Below, piece after piece: positions 59,552 to 64,000 of a stretch of 64,000 bases of DNA. Source of the DNA: Spirochaetia bacterium (GTDB lineage: Bacteria > Spirochaetota > Spirochaetia > UBA9216); NCBI GenBank assembly GCA_963677925.2, contig CAXXYH010000004.1:1792001-1856000 (forward strand). Direction: 5' to 3'. Within the stretch, counting starts at the first letter, position 1; every line of letters starts with the position of its first letter. Under the pieces are notes generated by a model. The model ran no database searches and was not told where the DNA came from. It saw only the letters and a list, made by a program, of their open reading frames with translations. The translations under genes were made by a program, and so were the position numbers.

Positions 59552-59580
59552 TTGACTATAAAGGATTTATCTGCTAATTT
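59552..59580 (+). promoter_or_regulatory. sigma70 promoter for rpsT-HU-lnt
   Basis: TTGACT(59552-57), 17 nt, TAATTT(59575-80) with TGn. Confidence 0.65.
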
Positions 59581-59618
59581 ATCACACCGTTAGATATAGA
59601 AATTATCGGAGGATTAAA

Positions 59619-59888
59619 TTGCCAGGAAAAGGTTCAGCGGCAAAACGCCATAGACAGAGTGAAAAAAGAAGAATGAAAAACAGGGTTGCCAAAAGCACAG
59701 TAAGAACTGTTACAAAAAACTTCATTCTTGCAGTAAAATCAGGTGATAAACCTGCTGCAGAAGCAAAATACCTTGAGATGACAAAGCTCATGGATACTGC
59801 TGCAGGAAAGGGTATCTACCATAAGAATATGGTTGCAAGAAAGAAATCCAGAATGCATAAGCTTCTGAATTCAATCGCTGCGGAATAA
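59619..59888 (+). CDS. rpsT: 30S ribosomal protein S20
   Basis: SAAKRHRQSEKRRMKN, KGIYHKNMVARKKSRM; TTG start after GGAGG. Confidence 0.96.
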   Translation: MPGKGSAAKRHRQSEKRRMKNRVAKSTVRTVTKNFILAVKSGDKPAAEAKYLEMTKLMDTAAGKGIYHKNMVARKKSRMHKLLNSIAAE

Positions 59889-59925
59889 TCTGCAGAACGA
59901 AGATTTTAATAACAGGGGATTGCTT

Positions 59926-60231
59926 GTGAGCCAGACCAAACTCACAAAAGCTGAAATAATCGAAAATATTCATGAAAGGGTTGAGTTGAACCGTAAGGAT
60001 GTTCATGCGGTAATCGATGCCATGTTTGATGAACTGAAAAATGCTCTTGAAGAGGATAAAATAGTCGAACTTCGTGGTTTCGGTACTTTTGAAATCCGTA
60101 CTAGAAAGGGCCGTGAGAAGGCCAGGAACCCTAAAACCGGAGAAATAGTTCCGGTAAAAGCTCATGGTGTAGCTGTTTTCAGGCCTGGTAAAGAACTGAA
60201 AACACTGGCCTGGCCTCTTAGGAATGAATGA
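59926..60231 (+). CDS. HU/IHF-family DNA-binding protein (Hbb-like)
   Basis: LTKAEI, VELRGFGTF, ARNPKTGE, FRPGKELK; probable GTG start. Confidence 0.93.
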   Translation: MSQTKLTKAEIIENIHERVELNRKDVHAVIDAMFDELKNALEEDKIVELRGFGTFEIRTRKGREKARNPKTGEIVPVKAHGVAVFRPGKELKTLAWPLRNE

Positions 60232-61855
60232 TTTGACAGTAACGGCAGAAAAAAAGTTCTCTTTACCGACCCTTCTGAAGGAGATCGGACTTTTAGTACT
60301 TTCTGCGGTTCTTTTTGCTTTATCGTTTCCCAACCTTCTAAATGAATGGGGGTTCTTCCCTGTTGCTTTTATTTGTTTAACCCCCATATTTATAGTTATT
60401 CATAATGCAGGGTGGCTGCGGACCGTTTTTTACGGGATGTTTTATGGGTACATCTGCTATGTCCTGTTCAATTACTGGCTGTCCACCTTTCATCCGCTGG
60501 CAATAGTTATTGTGCCGGTTATATATGCCGTGTACTTTCTTGTTCTGTTTCCATTTCTTAAACTTGCAGGTACGTTATTTCCAAAATGGGGCTTTATTGT
60601 TCAGGCTGGAGTCTGGCTTGCATATGAATATTTCAGAACACTAGGGTTTCTCGGGTATCCCTATGGCAATCTCGGCTATTCACAGTATCTTTTCAGACCA
60701 TTTATTCAGATTTCATCAGTAACCGGTTTCTGGTTTGTTTCCCTTTTAGTTGTTCTGCCTTCAGTATTTCTTGGAAATGCTTTGAGAGACGGTCTCAGAG
60801 AATTTGTAAATAATATTAAAAAACAGCGGATTTTTATCTATGTATATGCTGCACTTTTTGTTGCAGTCCTGATTTTCGGACTTTTTTCTCCGAAAGATTT
60901 TTCAGATGCCCGTCAGATTAAACTTGGATTTGTACAGCATAATGCAGATACCTGGAAAGGCGGTGTTAAAACCTACGAAAGCAATATGAACAAGATGATC
61001 GAACTCAGTAAGAAGGCTCTTGAGGAAGATCCTTCAATTGAGATGATGATCTGGTCTGAGACAGCCTTTGTTCCCGGGATTGATTATCACAGCAGATATA
61101 GAACAGAACCTGAAAAGTACAGACTTGTAAAAGAGCTCAAGGAATTTTTTGCCACCCAGGATATACCCTACGTCATAGGCAACGATGACGGGCAGTTGGA
61201 ACCTGATGAAAATGGTGATTTGAAGAGGGTTGATTATAATGCAGTACTTCTTTATGACGGAGATCTTCAGGCTACATACAGAAAAACTCATTTAGTGCCC
61301 TTTACTGAGAACTTTCCCTATCAGAAACAGATGCCCAGGTTTTATCAGGCTTTAAGGGATCATGATTTTCATTTCTGGAAGAAGGGGACTGAGTATACTG
61401 TTTTCGATGCTGCCGGAGTTAAATTCAGTACGCCTATCTGTTTTGAGGATGTATTCGGATACCTTTCAAGAGAGTTTGTTAATAACGGTGCTCAGATGAT
61501 AGTCAATCTGACCAACGATTCATGGTCAGGCTCTATTCCTGCAGAGATGCAGCATATGGCTATGGCGGTTTTCAGGGCAGTTGAGACCCGCAGAACCGTT
61601 GTTCGAGGAACTAATGCAGGAATTACCTGTACAATTGAACCGGACGGGGAGATAACGAATATCATCAGACCCTTTGAAGAGAATTATATGATAGCTTCAG
61701 TGCCTGTTTATGATAAGATTTACACCCTCTATCTGGCCTGGGGCGACTGGTTTGCCGTTCTGACTGTAATTCTGACTATAGCTGCGCTTATTGCAGGGGT
61801 GGTATTACGAATTAGGCGGTATGCTCTGCAAAATAGATTTGACAATCATCAATAA
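60224..61855 (+). CDS. lnt: apolipoprotein N-acyltransferase
   Basis: Multi-TM N-terminus, GYPYGNLGYSQ, nitrilase triad WSETA / KTHLVPFTE / ICFED, LTNDSW. Confidence 0.95.
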   Translation: MNDLTVTAEKKFSLPTLLKEIGLLVLSAVLFALSFPNLLNEWGFFPVAFICLTPIFIVIHNAGWLRTVFYGMFYGYICYVLFNYWLSTFHPLAIVIVPVIYAVYFLVLFPFLKLAGTLFPKWGFIVQAGVWLAYEYFRTLGFLGYPYGNLGYSQYLFRPFIQISSVTGFWFVSLLVVLPSVFLGNALRDGLREFVNNIKKQRIFIYVYAALFVAVLIFGLFSPKDFSDARQIKLGFVQHNADTWKGGVKTYESNMNKMIELSKKALEEDPSIEMMIWSETAFVPGIDYHSRYRTEPEKYRLVKELKEFFATQDIPYVIGNDDGQLEPDENGDLKRVDYNAVLLYDGDLQATYRKTHLVPFTENFPYQKQMPRFYQALRDHDFHFWKKGTEYTVFDAAGVKFSTPICFEDVFGYLSREFVNNGAQMIVNLTNDSWSGSIPAEMQHMAMAVFRAVETRRTVVRGTNAGITCTIEPDGEITNIIRPFEENYMIASVPVYDKIYTLYLAWGDWFAVLTVILTIAALIAGVVLRIRRYALQNRFDNHQ

Positions 61856-61867
61856 GTGTATCATTAT
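61839..61867 (+). promoter_or_regulatory. sigma70 promoter candidate for the response regulator operon
   Basis: TTGACA(61839-44), 17 nt, CATTAT(61862-67); 8 nt before ATG, no SD. Confidence 0.5.
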
Positions 61868-61875
61868 TAATTTAG

Positions 61876-62613
61876 ATGGAAAAAACCAGAATACTTATTG
61901 CAGATGATGAACCCGTAAATTTAGAGTTTTTTGATGTAACATTAAGCCGCCTTGGTTTTGATGTTGAGAAGGCTTCTGACGGGTATGAGACGCTTGAGAA
62001 AGTGAAAACTTTTGAACCTGATCTTGTTATCCTTGATAATATTATGCCCGGTCTTTCAGGCTGGAAGGTTACCAGCCTTCTTAAAACCAGCGATGAATAC
62101 GCTGAGTACCGTGATATACCAATTATTATGCTGTCGGCTATGGATAGCGTCAAAGATAAAGTGGAAGGTTTTGAGCTTGGTGTAGAAGACTATATTACAG
62201 AACCTTTTAATTTTTCAGAAGTTCTTGCCAGAATTCGGGCCGTTTTAAAGACCAGGGAACTGTCCAGGCAGGTTATTGCCAGGGAAAAAAGACTTTCTGT
62301 TCTTGAGTCACTTAACGAATCACTGAAGTATTTTACAGTTCATCTGAAAAAGCCGATGCAGGAGCTTGCAAATGAATGTTCTGAGCTTGACCTGAACGAC
62401 GCTGATGCAGTAAAAAATATTATTGAGAAAATTAAGAATGAGAGCAGAGAAGTTATTGCTGCGGTTGATGCTCTTGAAGATGAAATAAATGAATTTGAAG
62501 AAAATTCTGACAGCTTTTTCAGTGGTCAATCTATGAAGGATCTTGAAGAGAAATTCAGCAGGCATTTTCGCGCTTTGGGTGAAGAAGATTTTAATAAAGA
62601 GGCCCCGGTTTGA
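61876..62613 (+). CDS. atypical response regulator (receiver + helical C-terminal domain)
   Basis: ILIADDE, LVILDNIMP, IIMLSA, but DYITEPF in place of KPF; no HTH or enzyme output recognised. Confidence 0.85.
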   Translation: MEKTRILIADDEPVNLEFFDVTLSRLGFDVEKASDGYETLEKVKTFEPDLVILDNIMPGLSGWKVTSLLKTSDEYAEYRDIPIIMLSAMDSVKDKVEGFELGVEDYITEPFNFSEVLARIRAVLKTRELSRQVIAREKRLSVLESLNESLKYFTVHLKKPMQELANECSELDLNDADAVKNIIEKIKNESREVIAAVDALEDEINEFEENSDSFFSGQSMKDLEEKFSRHFRALGEEDFNKEAPV

Positions 62614-62831
62614 TTACAGAAGAAAAAAAACAGGTATTATCACTTTTTTCTGAAGGAAGAAAATGTTATAAACTTATGGACTTTGAGAAAGCGAAAGACT
62701 ATTTTTTAAAAGCATTACAGATTGATAAAGAGGATGGTCCCTCAAAAGTTTATCTTGCCAGATGCAAGCATTATATCACATCTCCTCCCCCCGAGGATTG
62801 GGATGGGGTATTTGTGATGACTACAAAATAA
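62610..62831 (+). CDS. small single-TPR protein resembling the C-terminal tail of class III adenylate/guanylate cyclases
   Basis: FSEGRKCY...AKDYF...DGPSKVYLARC...PPPEDWDGVF; TTGA overlap with upstream stop, SD GAGG. Confidence 0.75.
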   Translation: MITEEKKQVLSLFSEGRKCYKLMDFEKAKDYFLKALQIDKEDGPSKVYLARCKHYITSPPPEDWDGVFVMTTK

Positions 62832-62848
62832 TAATACAGCCGGAAGAT

Positions 62849-63262
62849 ATGAACAGAAAAGCAGAATTTTACAGATTTGATAAAGTAAATACAGTATTAA
62901 AAAATGGAACTGATTTTAATGGAATACTTAGATTCAGCAAACCTTTAAAGATAAATGGAAAATTTAATGGTGAGATTGAATCCGAAAGCATCCTGTATAT
63001 AGACACTGATGCAACTGTTACCGCTGACATCAAGGCAAAAACGGTAATTATCAGCGGGACTGTCAATGGCGATATTACTGCTGAGGAAAGAATTGAAATA
63101 CTAGCTGAAGGCAAGGTTAAAGGCAATCTTAAAACTTCACGGCTGAAAATATCCGATGGAGTTAAATTTGAAGGCAAATGCAGCATGATCAGGAACCCTG
63201 AATCTGTTGATGTCTTCTCAGCCAGGGTTGAGAAACTTAAAGAAATCGTAAAGAACGTCTGA
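62849..63262 (+). CDS. second bactofilin
   Basis: TVLKNGTDFNGIL...LKINGKFNGEI...IISGTVNGDITA...GVKFEGKC; ATG 62849. Confidence 0.9.
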   Translation: MNRKAEFYRFDKVNTVLKNGTDFNGILRFSKPLKINGKFNGEIESESILYIDTDATVTADIKAKTVIISGTVNGDITAEERIEILAEGKVKGNLKTSRLKISDGVKFEGKCSMIRNPESVDVFSARVEKLKEIVKNV

Positions 63263-63282
63263 AACCTTTGGTGTTTTAATAC

Positions 63283-63311
63283 TTGACAGCCCTTTGTTGA
63301 ATAACTATATT
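63283..63311 (+). promoter_or_regulatory. sigma70 promoter for rho
   Basis: TTGACA(63283-88), 17 nt, TATATT(63306-11). Confidence 0.75.
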
Positions 63312-63407
63312 GTAGGCATCGTAAAATTCTTTTTTCGATTACCCGCATGGTTTTTAAAATAATACTATAGAACAATTCGTATAGAAAATAATCTTACTGG
63401 AGATTTT

Positions 63408-64000
63408 ATGGCGATAATTCGAAAGAAGCAGGCTGCTGTCGAAGTTATTGATACAGAAGCCGGTGCTTCAGAAGAAAACCAACAGGAGCTCAATCTTGTT
63501 GAGTCAGGAGCAGAGACTGCATTAGACGCTGAAGCTGTGACCGAAACAGATAAGGCAGAGGGGAAAACTGAAGTCGAGGCAGAAGCTCCGTCTACAGAAT
63601 CACCCACTCAGGAGTCTGAAGCTCCTAAAAAAAGAGCTGTCAAGAAAAAAAAGGTGAGGGTCGAGATAGTTAAGGCTGATGATTCCGCTGACGGTGATAC
63701 AGATATAGAAAAAAATGAATCTGTAAAGAAGGAAACCCCGGATAATCAGGGGGCCAGACGGCCGATTGACCGTAAAAACAGAAAAAGTTATGTAAGAACC
63801 AAAAATAACAATGATGAACCACTCGGCGATGGTGAGAAGCTGAGTATAAATGACCTCACAAACATGAATATGAGGGAACTGAGGGATCTTGCAATATCCT
63901 ATCAGATTACCAGTGAAGAGCTGATGTCGATGAAAAAACAGGAAATTATTTTTTCTGTACTCAAGGCTCATACAGTCGGCGGCGGTCAGATTCATGCCTA
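63408..64000 (+). CDS. rho: transcription termination factor Rho, 5' part with long N-terminal extension (runs off window; not in ORF track)
   Basis: Open frame from ATG 63408 (SD GGAG); ends LSINDLTNMNMRELRDLA...MKKQEIIFSVLKAH..GG, the Rho N-terminal helical bundle. Confidence 0.85.
   Translation, partial: MAIIRKKQAAVEVIDTEAGASEENQQELNLVESGAETALDAEAVTETDKAEGKTEVEAEAPSTESPTQESEAPKKRAVKKKKVRVEIVKADDSADGDTDIEKNESVKKETPDNQGARRPIDRKNRKSYVRTKNNNDEPLGDGEKLSINDLTNMNMRELRDLAISYQITSEELMSMKKQEIIFSVLKAHTVGGGQIHA

Noticed and set aside
59788-60387. 199-aa antisense ORF over rpsT/HU/lnt, and antisense ORFs at 62869-63995
   Set aside because: Opposite well-supported genes (HU, lnt, bactofilin, rho); no motifs

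Overview
Core-genome segment of a spirochaete, most likely a free-living member of Spirochaetales. The call rests on the EF-Tu/RpoA style, the rny-ymdB-tlyA-GerMN...der and rpsT-HU...rho neighbourhoods, a spirochaete-type coiled-coil gene and de novo purine genes. Order: 3' end of rpoB, rpoC, rpsL-rpsG, a 423-nt structured gap with no fusA, tuf, the complete S10-spc-alpha ribosomal cluster, then a 1322-aa membrane protein with a Cache-like sensor domain and 186-bp acidic tandem repeats. Next come rny-ymdB-tlyA, GerMN, ptsI-der-merR, a secreted protein with an NlpC/P60-like motif, a TPR / beta-barrel / ExbB / ExbD / TonB operon, a HAD hydrolase, a long coiled-coil protein, grpE-dnaK-dnaJ and rlmB. 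The window ends with purFMNDE, dusB, tatD, M23-bactofilin-yaaR-ricT, an unannotated 56-aa basic zinc-ribbon gene (candidate lineage-specific ribosomal protein), rpsT-HU-lnt, an atypical response regulator with a stand-alone cyclase-tail TPR and a second bactofilin, and the 5' part of rho. No rRNA, tRNA, CRISPR array or mobile element was seen. Best leads: the TonB-energised TPR/barrel envelope machine, the 56-aa gene, the acidic-repeat sensor/hub, the structured tuf-S10 leader, and the degenerate receiver plus cyclase-tail pair. All product calls come from motif recognition by eye; no database search was run.
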